Assembly: GCA_035545175.1 (NCBI GenBank)
Contig: DASZYY010000061.1
Coordinates: 1 to 38,630, forward strand
Length of the DNA: 38,630 bases
DNA from: Mycobacteriales bacterium
GTDB lineage: Bacteria > Actinomycetota > Actinomycetes > JAFAQI01
Direction of reading: 5' to 3'
In this document: positions 15,466 through 23,337 of the stretch, piece by piece
Position numbering within the stretch: position 1 is the first letter of the stretch
How the letters are laid out: the number at the start of each line of letters is the position of its first letter
Position numbers and translations under genes: made by a program
Notes under the pieces: model-generated
The model's input: the letters and a program-made list of their open reading frames with translations, nothing else
Database searches by the model: none
What the model was told of the DNA's origin: nothing

Positions 15466-16098
15466 CTAGTCGGCCGCGGGTGCTGCGAGCCCGAGGGCTC
15501 GTGCCGCCTCCCGGGACTGGTCGCTGTCCGGACCGGGGGCCGGGACCATCACCGTCGCCCGGTAGTAGCGGAGCTCGTCGATGCTCTCCCGGATGTCGGC
15601 GAGGGCACGGTGCCCGCCGTTCTTCGCCGGCGCGTTCTGGTAGGCCCGCGGGTACCAGCGTCGCGCCAGCTCCTTGATCGAGGAGACGTCGATCATCCGG
15701 TAGTGCAGGTGGTCGTCGAGGGCAGGCATGTAGCGGACGATGAAGCTTCGGTCGGTCGCGATCGTGTTCCCGCACAGTGGCGCCCGGCGTCGTTGCGGGA
15801 CGAACCGCTTCACGTACTCGAGGACCTGCTCCTCGGCCTGCTCTACCGTCGTGCTCGAGCGGCGGATCTCGTCCAGCAAACCGGACGAGGCGTGCATCTC
15901 GTGGACGATCGGGTCCATCGCGACCAGCTGTTGCGCGGTGGCGCCGATGACGATGTCGATCCCCTCGTCGAGCGGGTTCAGCTCCGCGTCGGTGACGATC
16001 ACGGCAATCTCGACGAGCACGTTGGTCGTCGGATCGAGGCCGGTCATCTCGCAGTCGATCCAGACCAGCGCGTCGCCTGCCCGCGAGCCAGTCGTCAT
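15466..16098 (-). CDS. orn: Oligoribonuclease
   Basis: 210 aa. LVWIDCEMTGLD (DEDDh Exo I), GNTIATDRSFI and GGHRALADIRESIDELRYY match Orn. The orn/tRNA-His adjacency is typical of actinobacteria. Confidence 0.9.
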   Translation of the reverse strand: MTTGSRAGDALVWIDCEMTGLDPTTNVLVEIAVIVTDAELNPLDEGIDIVIGATAQQLVAMDPIVHEMHASSGLLDEIRRSSTTVEQAEEQVLEYVKRFVPQRRRAPLCGNTIATDRSFIVRYMPALDDHLHYRMIDVSSIKELARRWYPRAYQNAPAKNGGHRALADIRESIDELRYYRATVMVPAPGPDSDQSREAARALGLAAPAAD

Positions 16099-16141
16099 GC
16101 CGACTAGGTTCGCACGCCCTAGCCTTAATCCTGCGAAGAGA

Positions 16142-16214
16142 GCGCCCGTAGCTCAGCGGATAGAGCGACTGCCTTCTAAGCAGTTGGTCGCAGGTTCGAT
16201 CCCTGCCGGGCGCG
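16142..16214 (+). tRNA. tRNA-Arg (anticodon UCU, reads AGA)
   Basis: GCGCCCG-TA-GCTC-AGCGGATA-GAGC-G-ACTGC-CTTCTAA-GCAGT-TGGTC-GCAGG-TTCGATC-CCTGC-CGGGCGC-G. This is a perfect 7-bp acceptor stem and a canonical cloverleaf. No CCA is encoded. Confidence 0.95.
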
Positions 16215-16218
16215 CGTC

Positions 16219-17742
16219 ATGAGGGGGCACGCGGAGCGGGTCGAGGTCCATCGCCGTTGGTGGGGCTCCGGAACCGCCGTCCTGGTTCGTGCCCTGGTCG
16301 GGCTGGTGACCGTCCTCGTCCTGGTCAACGTCGTGGGCGCCGTCGCGACGTTCCTGGTCGCCGCGTACGTCGTGCCCGAGCCGAAGGCACTCACCGAGGC
16401 GAGCCGGCTCGACACCTACCTGATCGCCGCGGCGTCCTACCTCGTGGCCGCGTCCGCAGCCGGCATCGTCATGGGGGTCCGCAAGCTCTCCAGCCTCGCG
16501 GACTGGCTGCCCTCGGAGCGACCGCCGACTGCCGAGGAGCAACTGGCCGTGCTGCGCGGACCGCGCACCTTGGCCCGTGGCGTGGGTGTGCTGTGGTTCG
16601 GCGGCACCGTGCTGTTCGGCGCGTTGACCTTCGTGCACTCGGTCGACGCCGGGTTGCGGATCACCGCCATCGTCAGCCTGAGCGGCGTGATCACGGCAGC
16701 GGTGGCGTTCCGGCTCGCCGAGCTGTTGCTCCGCGAGGCCGCGGGCCGGGCGCTGTCGGCGTCCGAGCATCCGCAGAAGATCGCCCAGTCGGTCGCGGTC
16801 CGCTCGATCATGACCTGGGTCGCGGGCACCGGCGCTCCGGTGCTGGGCGTCGTACTGCTCGGGGTGGCGAGCATGGTCGACCACGTGGGGACCCGGCACG
16901 AGGTCGCCCTCGCGACGGCCGTGCTCGGTGCCAACTGCCTGCTGGCCGGGTTCATCACGACGGTGTTCGTGACGCGCGCGACCGCGGATCCGATCGTCTC
17001 GGTGCGCCGGGCACTTGCGCGGATCGAGCGCGGCGAGCTCGACGTGACGGTGCCGGTGTACGACGGGACCGACATCGGGCTGTTGCAGGCCGGCTTCAAC
17101 CGGATGGCGGCGGGACTGCGGGAGCGCGAAGAGCTACGCGACCTGTTCGGCCGCCACGTCGGGGTGGATGTGGCGCGACGAGCACTCGAGCAGGGCATCG
17201 AGCTGGGCGGCGAGCTTCGTGACGTCGCGGTCCTCTACATAGACGTCGTCGGCTCCACCCGGATCGCCGAGCAGATGCCTGCGCATGACGTGGTCGACCT
17301 GCTCAACCGGTTCTTCGGGATCGTGATCGACGTCGTCGAGTCGGCGGACGGCTTCATCAACAAGTTCGCGGGCGATGCGGCGCTCGCCATCTTCGGCGCG
17401 CCGGCGCCGCTGCCTGACCGGCATGCTCGTGCGCTTGCTGCCGCTCGAACGCTTGCCTCGCGCGTCACCAAGGAGATCCCGGAGATCGACTTCGGGATCG
17501 GTGTCGCTTCGGGTGAAGCGGTTGCCGGCAACGTCGGCGGGACGAGTCGCTACGAGTACACGGTGATCGGCAGCCCGGTGAACGAGGCGGCGCGCCTCGG
17601 TGAGCTGGCCAAGACCTTGCCCGGCCGGGTCGCCGTGTCGGCCGCGGTCGTCGGCGCTTCGCACGTCGACGGGTGGCGGCCCGCCGACGAGGTCCTGCTT
17701 CGCGGCCGCGCCGACCCAACGACGGTTTACGTTCCCTTATAG
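16219..17742 (+). CDS. Membrane-bound class III adenylate/guanylate cyclase with HAMP domain
   Basis: 507 aa. Several N-terminal TM segments are followed by HAMP (IVSVRRALARIERGELDVTVPVYDGTDIGLLQAGFNRMAAGL) and a cyclase domain (VAVLYIDVVGSTRI...FAGDAALAIFGAP...YTVIGSPVNEAARL). The architecture resembles the mycobacterial Rv1318c-1320c group. The ATG at 16219 is the only plausible start before the first TM segment and lies 5 nt after tRNA-Arg. Confidence 0.85.
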   Translation: MRGHAERVEVHRRWWGSGTAVLVRALVGLVTVLVLVNVVGAVATFLVAAYVVPEPKALTEASRLDTYLIAAASYLVAASAAGIVMGVRKLSSLADWLPSERPPTAEEQLAVLRGPRTLARGVGVLWFGGTVLFGALTFVHSVDAGLRITAIVSLSGVITAAVAFRLAELLLREAAGRALSASEHPQKIAQSVAVRSIMTWVAGTGAPVLGVVLLGVASMVDHVGTRHEVALATAVLGANCLLAGFITTVFVTRATADPIVSVRRALARIERGELDVTVPVYDGTDIGLLQAGFNRMAAGLREREELRDLFGRHVGVDVARRALEQGIELGGELRDVAVLYIDVVGSTRIAEQMPAHDVVDLLNRFFGIVIDVVESADGFINKFAGDAALAIFGAPAPLPDRHARALAAARTLASRVTKEIPEIDFGIGVASGEAVAGNVGGTSRYEYTVIGSPVNEAARLGELAKTLPGRVAVSAAVVGASHVDGWRPADEVLLRGRADPTTVYVPL

Positions 17743-17768
17743 GCCGTACGCCGCTAGGGTGCGCCAGC

Positions 17769-18563
17769 GTGAGGCTGCTCGACGTGGAGAACGTCAGCGT
17801 CCGCTTCGGCGGGCTCACTGCGCTTGCTCACGTCTCCGCCGCCGTCGACGAGGGCGAGGTCGTCGGCGTGATCGGACCGAACGGCGCCGGCAAGACCACG
17901 CTTTTCAACGTGGTGTGCGGTTTCGTGCGTCCGACCGAGGGATCGCTGCACTGGCGGGGTGAGGCACTTCGGCGCCATCGACCACATCGGCTCGCAGACC
18001 TCGGCATCGCGCGGACGCTGCAGGGTCTCGGCTTGTTCCCGCACCTGAGTGTTCTCGACAACGTCCTCATCGGCGCCGACCGTCACTCCCGCGCGTGGTT
18101 CGGCTCCGGTCTGCTCGCACTGCCGCGCGGGGACCGCGACGAGCGGGGCCTCGTCGATCGCGCGCTCGCGTCGCTGGCGCGGCTCGACATCACGGACGTG
18201 GCGGGCCTGCTGCCCGGTCAGCTCCCGTACGGCGCGCAGAAGCGGGTGGCGCTCGCTCGCGCTCTCGTCGCCGAGCCCGCCCTGTTGCTGCTCGACGAGC
18301 CCGCCTCGGGCTTGTCCGCGGACGAGATGGACGAGCTCGCCGATCTGGTGCGAGGCCTCAAGGAACACACGTCGGTACTGCTGGTCGAGCACCACATGGA
18401 TCTGGTGATGGCGGTGTGCGACCGGATCGTCGTCCTCGACTTCGGCCGGTGCATCGCAAGCGGCACGCCGGAGGAGGTCCGCAACGACCCGAAGGTGCTG
18501 GAGGCCTACCTCGGCGAGCAGATCGACTCCGCGACGCAAGAGGTCGGCGATGCTGACGCTTAG
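17769..18563 (+). CDS. livG: Branched-chain amino acid ABC transporter ATP-binding protein (LivG type)
   Basis: The track ORF starts at 17673 inside the cyclase gene. The in-frame GTG at 17769 gives MRLLDVENVSVRFGGL, the typical LivG N-terminus. Motifs are GPNGAGKT, LPYGAQKRVALARAL, LLLDEPASGL and EAYLG. Confidence 0.85.
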   Translation: MRLLDVENVSVRFGGLTALAHVSAAVDEGEVVGVIGPNGAGKTTLFNVVCGFVRPTEGSLHWRGEALRRHRPHRLADLGIARTLQGLGLFPHLSVLDNVLIGADRHSRAWFGSGLLALPRGDRDERGLVDRALASLARLDITDVAGLLPGQLPYGAQKRVALARALVAEPALLLLDEPASGLSADEMDELADLVRGLKEHTSVLLVEHHMDLVMAVCDRIVVLDFGRCIASGTPEEVRNDPKVLEAYLGEQIDSATQEVGDADA

Positions 18564-19260
18564 CGAGGTCGTCACGACGTACGGCGCGGTCCGTGCTCTC
18601 GACGGCGTCTCGCTCGACGTTCCGGACGGGCGGATCACCGCCGTTCTCGGTGCGAACGGGGCCGGCAAGACGACGTTGCTGCGCACCATCAACGGTCTGG
18701 TGCGGCCGGCTTCGGGGTCGATCAGCTTTGCCGGGCACGATCTGGTCGTCGCGCCGGTAGAGCAGATCGTCACGTACGGCATCGCGCACGTGCCCGAGGG
18801 CCGGGGCGTCATCACCGAGCTCACGGTCGAGGAGAACCTCCGGCTCGGCGCGCTGTGGCGCAGCGACCGACGATCGGTCACGAGCGAGGGGCTGACGTCG
18901 GTCTACGAGATGTTTCCGCCACTCGAGGCGCGACGTCACAAGGTGGCGGACACCTTGTCAGGTGGTGAGCGTCAGATGCTGGCGATCGGCCGCGCGCTGA
19001 TGAGCCGGCCGACGCTGTTGCTGCTCGATGAGCCGTCACTCGGGCTCGCGCCGCGGATCACCGCGCAGATCATGGCGACGTTGCGCCGGCTCAGCTCTGA
19101 GCACGGCCTCACTGTCGTGCTCGTCGAGCAGAACGCGCGCAGCGCGTTGTCGGTCGCCGACACTGCCGTCGTCCTCAACCTCGGTCGGGTCGTCGCTTCG
19201 GGCGACGCCGACGACCTGGCTGCCGACGAACAGCTCCGACACGCATACCTGGGCTTCTAG
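18550..19260 (+). CDS. livF: Branched-chain amino acid ABC transporter ATP-binding protein (LivF type)
   Basis: 236 aa. Motifs are GANGAGKT, GIAHVPEGRGVITELTVEENL, SGGERQMLAIGRAL, LLLDEPSLGLAP and AYLG. It overlaps livG by 14 nt. Confidence 0.9.
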   Translation: MLTLSEVVTTYGAVRALDGVSLDVPDGRITAVLGANGAGKTTLLRTINGLVRPASGSISFAGHDLVVAPVEQIVTYGIAHVPEGRGVITELTVEENLRLGALWRSDRRSVTSEGLTSVYEMFPPLEARRHKVADTLSGGERQMLAIGRALMSRPTLLLLDEPSLGLAPRITAQIMATLRRLSSEHGLTVVLVEQNARSALSVADTAVVLNLGRVVASGDADDLAADEQLRHAYLGF

Positions 19261-20145
19261 ATGACGTTCCTCAACCTCGTGATCTACGGGATCGCCAACG
19301 GCACGCTGTACTCGGCGGTCGCATTGGCGCTCGTGCTGATCTGGCGCTCGACCCGGATCGTCAACTTCGCCCAGGGTGGGATGTTGATGATCACCACCTT
19401 CATCGCGTGGGACCTGGTGGTGAAGCACGGCGCGAACTACTGGGTGGGTCTGGTCGTCGCGTTGCTCGCGGGTTTCGTCCTGGGTGCGGTGACCGAACGG
19501 GTCCTGGTCCGGCCGGTCGAGAACGGACCGCCGCTCAATCCCGTGATCGTGACGCTCGGCTTGTTGCTGTTGCTCCAGTCGGTTGCCGGAATGATCTGGG
19601 GCAATGGTCTCAGCTCATTCGCGCCCGAGTTCTCGCTGACCGACTACCACGTCGGGCATCAGGTGATCCTCTTCTCGCCCGACTACTTCTTCATCGTCGT
19701 GGCGGTCGCGGTGGTGCTCATCGCGTTGTACCTGCTGTTCCAGCGATCGCCGCTCGGGTTGCGGATGCGTGCGAGCGCGTTCAACGCCGAAGTCGCGCGG
19801 CTGCTCGGCGTCAAGGTCGGATGGATGCTCACCCTTGGCTGGGGGCTTGCCGCCATGGTCGGCGCACTCGCGGGTGTGCTGATAGCCGGCACGCAGCCCG
19901 ACTACATGAATCCCAATGCCTTCGATCCGCTGCTGATCCTCGGCTTCACCGCGGCGGTTGTCGGCGGGCTCGACTCGCCGATCGGTGCGGTCGTGGGCGG
20001 GCTGGCGGTCGGCGTGATCCAGGCGCTGCTCGACAACTACGTCAGCAACGATCTCGACCTGTTCTACTCGTTCGTGCTGCTGCTCGTCGTACTGATGATC
20101 CGGCCCAACGGGCTGTTCAGCCGGACGGCGGTGAGGAAGGTTTGA
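19261..20145 (+). CDS. livH: Branched-chain amino acid ABC transporter permease (LivH type)
   Basis: 294 aa. It carries TRIVNFAQGGMLMI and multiple TM segments. The ATG immediately follows the livF TAG. Confidence 0.9.
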   Translation: MTFLNLVIYGIANGTLYSAVALALVLIWRSTRIVNFAQGGMLMITTFIAWDLVVKHGANYWVGLVVALLAGFVLGAVTERVLVRPVENGPPLNPVIVTLGLLLLLQSVAGMIWGNGLSSFAPEFSLTDYHVGHQVILFSPDYFFIVVAVAVVLIALYLLFQRSPLGLRMRASAFNAEVARLLGVKVGWMLTLGWGLAAMVGALAGVLIAGTQPDYMNPNAFDPLLILGFTAAVVGGLDSPIGAVVGGLAVGVIQALLDNYVSNDLDLFYSFVLLLVVLMIRPNGLFSRTAVRKV

Positions 20146-20159
20146 GCAGGCGGGTGCCG

Positions 20160-21167
20160 ATGTTGTTGCGGCACGGGATTCCGGCCGTGCTGGGCCTCGG
20201 GATTCTGCTCGCCGTCACCGAGGGGCTGCCGGCGTACCGCAACACGCAGCTCGCGAACATCGCCACCGAGGTGTGTGCGGTAGCCGGTCTCACGATACTG
20301 ACGGGTCTGTCCGGGCAGATCTCGCTCGGCAACGGCGCGTTCATGTTCGTCGGCGCGTACACCGTCGGCCTGCTGCTCAAGCATCACCCGATCACGCACA
20401 ACGGCGAGCTCGTGCTCGTTCTGCTTGCCGCCGTGCTCGTCGCCGCGATCGTCGGCGCCCTGGTCGGGGTCGCGGCCGCGCGGCTGCGCGGCCCTTACCT
20501 CGCCGGCATCACCCTGGCGCTTGCCGTGGGGCTGCCGTCCCTGCCGCTCTACTCGCACCTGCAGGGACCGCTCGGCGGTCACTCCGGGTTCTCGGTGGAT
20601 GCGCCGCCGCCGCCGAACGGGATGGACTACTTCCGCTGGCAGGCCTGGATCTGCGTCATCGCCGCGGTCATCACGCTGTTCCTGCTGGCGAACCTGTCGA
20701 GCAGCCGGGTCGGCCGGGCGTTTCGCGCGGTGCGCGATGACGAGATCGCGGCCTCTCTCGCCGGCATCGCGGTGGCGCGGGTGCAGATCCTCGCGTTCGT
20801 CATCAGCGCGGCCTGCGCCGGCCTGGCCGGTGGCCTGTTCGCCATAGTCGCCGGCAGTGTCGGCCCGAACTCCTTCTCGCTGACGATCTCACTCGGCCTG
20901 CTCGCTGCGGCAGTGTTCGGCGGCCTTGGCACGCTGTCGGGTGCGGTCTACGGCTCGATCATCGTCACGCTGCTGCCGAGCTGGTCGCAGGACATCGCGA
21001 GTCACGTCTCGCTCTCGGACCAGGTGGCGAACAACCTTCCGCAGGCGGTCTACGGCGTGGGGCTGATCGTCGGCATGCTGCTGTTCCCGCTCGGGATCCA
21101 GGGCCTGGTCCACCGGGTCGCGGCGCTGGCGCGTAACACGTTGAGAACGAAACCCGCGGGTAACTAG
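20160..21167 (+). CDS. livM: Branched-chain amino acid ABC transporter permease (LivM type)
   Basis: The track ORF (19407-21167) is extended in another frame across livH. The LivM-like sequence begins at MLLRHGIPAVLGLGILLA...LTGLSGQISLGNGAFMFVGAY. The start is uncertain: ATG 20160, GTG 20154, or TTG 20142 overlapping the livH stop. Confidence 0.8.
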   Translation: MLLRHGIPAVLGLGILLAVTEGLPAYRNTQLANIATEVCAVAGLTILTGLSGQISLGNGAFMFVGAYTVGLLLKHHPITHNGELVLVLLAAVLVAAIVGALVGVAAARLRGPYLAGITLALAVGLPSLPLYSHLQGPLGGHSGFSVDAPPPPNGMDYFRWQAWICVIAAVITLFLLANLSSSRVGRAFRAVRDDEIAASLAGIAVARVQILAFVISAACAGLAGGLFAIVAGSVGPNSFSLTISLGLLAAAVFGGLGTLSGAVYGSIIVTLLPSWSQDIASHVSLSDQVANNLPQAVYGVGLIVGMLLFPLGIQGLVHRVAALARNTLRTKPAGN

Positions 21168-21227
21168 GCAGCGAACCCGATTCGGAATAGGTTCCGCCAC
21201 CATCGGGTCACTCGAACTGGAGGACAT

Positions 21228-22544
21228 ATGACAAAGGGGTCAGTGCGCCTATTCGCGACGGGTGCGGTGGTCGCGCTCGCCGTGGCCGCGTGCGGGGGAA
21301 GCAGTAGTGGCGGTGGCAAGCCGACCAGCTCGGCGCCCGGTGTCACGGCGAACTCGATCTTGATCGGAAGCACCCAGCCGCTCACCGGCGTCGCGGCACC
21401 CGGTTACTCGGAGATCGCGCCGGCGTCGGCCGCGTACTTCAAGTGGGTCAACGCTCATGGCGGCATCAACGGCCGCAAGATCAACTTCAAGTACCTGGAC
21501 GACGCGTACGACCCGACGCAGACCGTCACCAAGACGAAGCAGCTCGTCGAGCAGGACAAGGTCTTCGCGATCTTCGAGGGCCTCGGTACGCCGACCCACG
21601 AGCAGGTCGTGAACTTCCTCAACCAGCAGGGAGTGCCCGACCTCTTCGTCGCCTCCGGCTGCCTGTGCTGGAACGACCCGGGCGCGCACCCGCAGACATT
21701 CGGCTGGCTGCCCGACTACACGCGCGAAGGCAAGATCCTCGGTGACTACGTGAAGAAGACCTTCCCGGGCAAGAAGATCGGGATCTTCGCGCAGGGCGAC
21801 GACTTCGGTGACAACGGCATCAAGGGCTTCGAGCAGGAGATCCCGGCGAGCGGCATTGCCGACATCGAGAAGTACAGCCCGACCAACATCAAGATCGACC
21901 CGCTCGTACAGAAGCTGCAGAAGTCCGGCGCGGAAGTCGTGGTGTCTTTCACGGTTCCGGCGTTCACTGCGCTTCTCAAGCTGACCTCGCTCAAGCTCGG
22001 CTTCAGCCCACAGCTCGTCGTGAGCAGCGTCGGGTCCGACCCGGTCACCCTCGCCGGTCTCATCACGAACTTCGCGAAGGAGGGCGGCGCAACCGTCAAG
22101 GGCTCCGACCTGATCCAGAACATCGTCACCGACGGCTACCTGCCGTCGCCGGCAGATCAGCAGAACAGCTGGATGAAGCTGTTCGTGAAGATCTACAGCA
22201 AGTACCTCGCGAAGAAGTACCCGGCGTTCGACGGCAACATCGAGTACGGCCTGGCGTCGGCGTACACCTTCGCCGAAGCGCTGGCGGCGGCCGGTCCGAA
22301 CCCGACGCGTGCCAGCCTGGTCGCGGCGGTCGAGGACAACAAGTTCGCCGGACCGAACCTCACGCCGTACGCGTACTCGTCGGACGACCACTCCGGCATG
22401 ACGGGGGTGCAGATCGGTGTGATCAAGGGGCTGGCGATCCAGCTGCAAGGCACGCCGCTGGTCACCGATGACGGCAGCGGGCCGATCACGCCGTACACGA
22501 CCGCGGAGGCAACCGCTCCCGCGAGCGGCGTTCCGTCCAGCTAG
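21228..22544 (+). CDS. Branched-chain amino acid ABC transporter substrate-binding lipoprotein (LivJ/K-like)
   Basis: 438 aa with GGAGG 5 nt upstream of the ATG. It has the lipobox LAVAAC followed by a Ser/Gly linker. ILIGSTQPLTGVAAPGY...WVNAHGGINGRKINFKYLDDAYDP is typical of the Peripla_BP_6 type. Confidence 0.9.
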   Translation: MTKGSVRLFATGAVVALAVAACGGSSSGGGKPTSSAPGVTANSILIGSTQPLTGVAAPGYSEIAPASAAYFKWVNAHGGINGRKINFKYLDDAYDPTQTVTKTKQLVEQDKVFAIFEGLGTPTHEQVVNFLNQQGVPDLFVASGCLCWNDPGAHPQTFGWLPDYTREGKILGDYVKKTFPGKKIGIFAQGDDFGDNGIKGFEQEIPASGIADIEKYSPTNIKIDPLVQKLQKSGAEVVVSFTVPAFTALLKLTSLKLGFSPQLVVSSVGSDPVTLAGLITNFAKEGGATVKGSDLIQNIVTDGYLPSPADQQNSWMKLFVKIYSKYLAKKYPAFDGNIEYGLASAYTFAEALAAAGPNPTRASLVAAVEDNKFAGPNLTPYAYSSDDHSGMTGVQIGVIKGLAIQLQGTPLVTDDGSGPITPYTTAEATAPASGVPSS

Positions 22545-22559
22545 CGACAAGCACGCAGG

Positions 22560-22600
22560 CAGTGGCCGGTCCGGGTTTCCGGGCCGGCCACTGTTCTTCT
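22560..22600 (+). terminator. Rho-independent terminator after the Liv binding-protein gene
   Basis: A 15-bp stem (22560-22574 pairs with 22579-22593, one G-U pair) with loop GTTT is followed by TTCTTCT. Confidence 0.8.
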
Positions 22601-22601
22601 C

Positions 22602-22664
22602 AGTGCGCCCAGTCCTCTAGTGCGCCCAGTCCTCTAGTGCACCCAGTCCTCTAGTGCACCCAGT
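22602..22664. repeat. 17-bp tandem repeat, 3 full copies plus a 12-nt partial copy, derived from the bioD 3' end
   Basis: AGTGCGCCCAGTCCTCT (22602-22618), AGTGCGCCCAGTCCTCT (22619-22635), AGTGCACCCAGTCCTCT (22636-22652), then AGTGCACCCAGT (22653-22664). The partial copy is the true end of the bioD coding sequence: on the minus strand ...CAC TGG GTG CAC TAG. Confidence 0.9.
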
Positions 22665-23337
22665 GCCCGCCCAGCTCGGGCGCCAGGCCGGCTCGCGCGG
22701 CTTCGAGGAACGTCGCCCGGCTCGCTGTGCCGAGCCCCTCGGCGAGCGCACCTAGCAGCGGCGCGCTCGCGTACGCGGGTAGGTCCTCAAGGTTTGTCCG
22801 GCTGGCCAAGTCCGGATCGGCGGGCCAGGCGCCGATCACCACTCCGGCGCATCCGAGCCCACGCCGCCGCAGCTCGTTGCACGTCAATGCCGTCGCGTTG
22901 AGGGTGCCCAGGCCCGCCGGGGCCACGACGAGGACCTCCGCGTCGACGGCTGCCGCGAGGTCGGCCATGGTTGCGCCGTCCTCGTCGAAGCGCACGAGCA
23001 GGCCGCCGGCGCCTTCGACCAGCACGAGGTCCCGGCCCTCCAGCTCAGCCACACGAGCCGCAAGGACGTCGACCGGCGTCGGCTGAGTCTTTGCCAGCCT
23101 CGCTGCGCTCGCCGGCGCGAGTGGTGCCGGGTACCTCACCAGCTCGTGCACGTCTGTCACGCCGGACAGGCGGGTCACGACCTCGGTGTCGGACTCATCG
23201 CCGGGCTCGATCCCGGTCTGCGCGGCCTTGATCACCGCGACGCGCTGTCCGGCGTCGTGGGCCAGCGCGGCGATCGCGGCGGTGACGATCGTCTTGCCGA
23301 TCTCGGTGCCGGTCCCGGTGATGACGAGTCGCTTCAT
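22651..23337 (-). CDS. bioD: Dethiobiotin synthase
   Basis: The C-terminal 228 aa of track ORF 22651-23910 begin at the ATG at 23337 ([23 protein letters not shown], a P-loop). LVEGAGGLLV is also present. The ATGA overlaps the bioF stop at 23334-23337. Confidence 0.9.
   Translation of the reverse strand: MKRLVITGTGTEIGKTIVTAAIAALAHDAGQRVAVIKAAQTGIEPGDESDTEVVTRLSGVTDVHELVRYPAPLAPASAARLAKTQPTPVDVLAARVAELEGRDLVLVEGAGGLLVRFDEDGATMADLAAAVDAEVLVVAPAGLGTLNATALTCNELRRRGLGCAGVVIGAWPADPDLASRTNLEDLPAYASAPLLGALAEGLGTASRATFLEAARAGLAPELGGHWVH

Noticed and set aside
6991-15775. Other long antisense or alternate-frame ORFs (6991-8208, 9143-10333, 11560-12954, 12962-14131, 14104-15111)
   Set aside because: Each is the shadow of a motif-supported gene on the other strand or in another frame, and each has R/G/P/D/A-dominated low-complexity translations. 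ORFs 21249-22550, 24579-25691, 32090-33250 and 33684-34997 elsewhere in the window are rejected on the same grounds.
8764-16214. Genomic island integrated at tRNA-His or tRNA-Arg
   Set aside because: There is no integrase, recombinase or transposase. I could find no direct repeat of either tRNA 3' end. Codon usage of the flanking genes, including the odd Cys-rich protein, looks native GC3-rich, and orn/tRNA-His is a conserved core arrangement.
19407-20159. N-terminal 251 codons of the 586-aa ORF containing LivM
   Set aside because: This part overlaps livH in another frame and is R/G/A-rich with no membrane character. LivM homology begins at about 20160.
22602-22669. Possible CRISPR array
   Set aside because: The 17-bp units are directly abutting with no spacers, there are only 3.7 copies, and they derive from the bioD 3' end. 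No cas genes are present.
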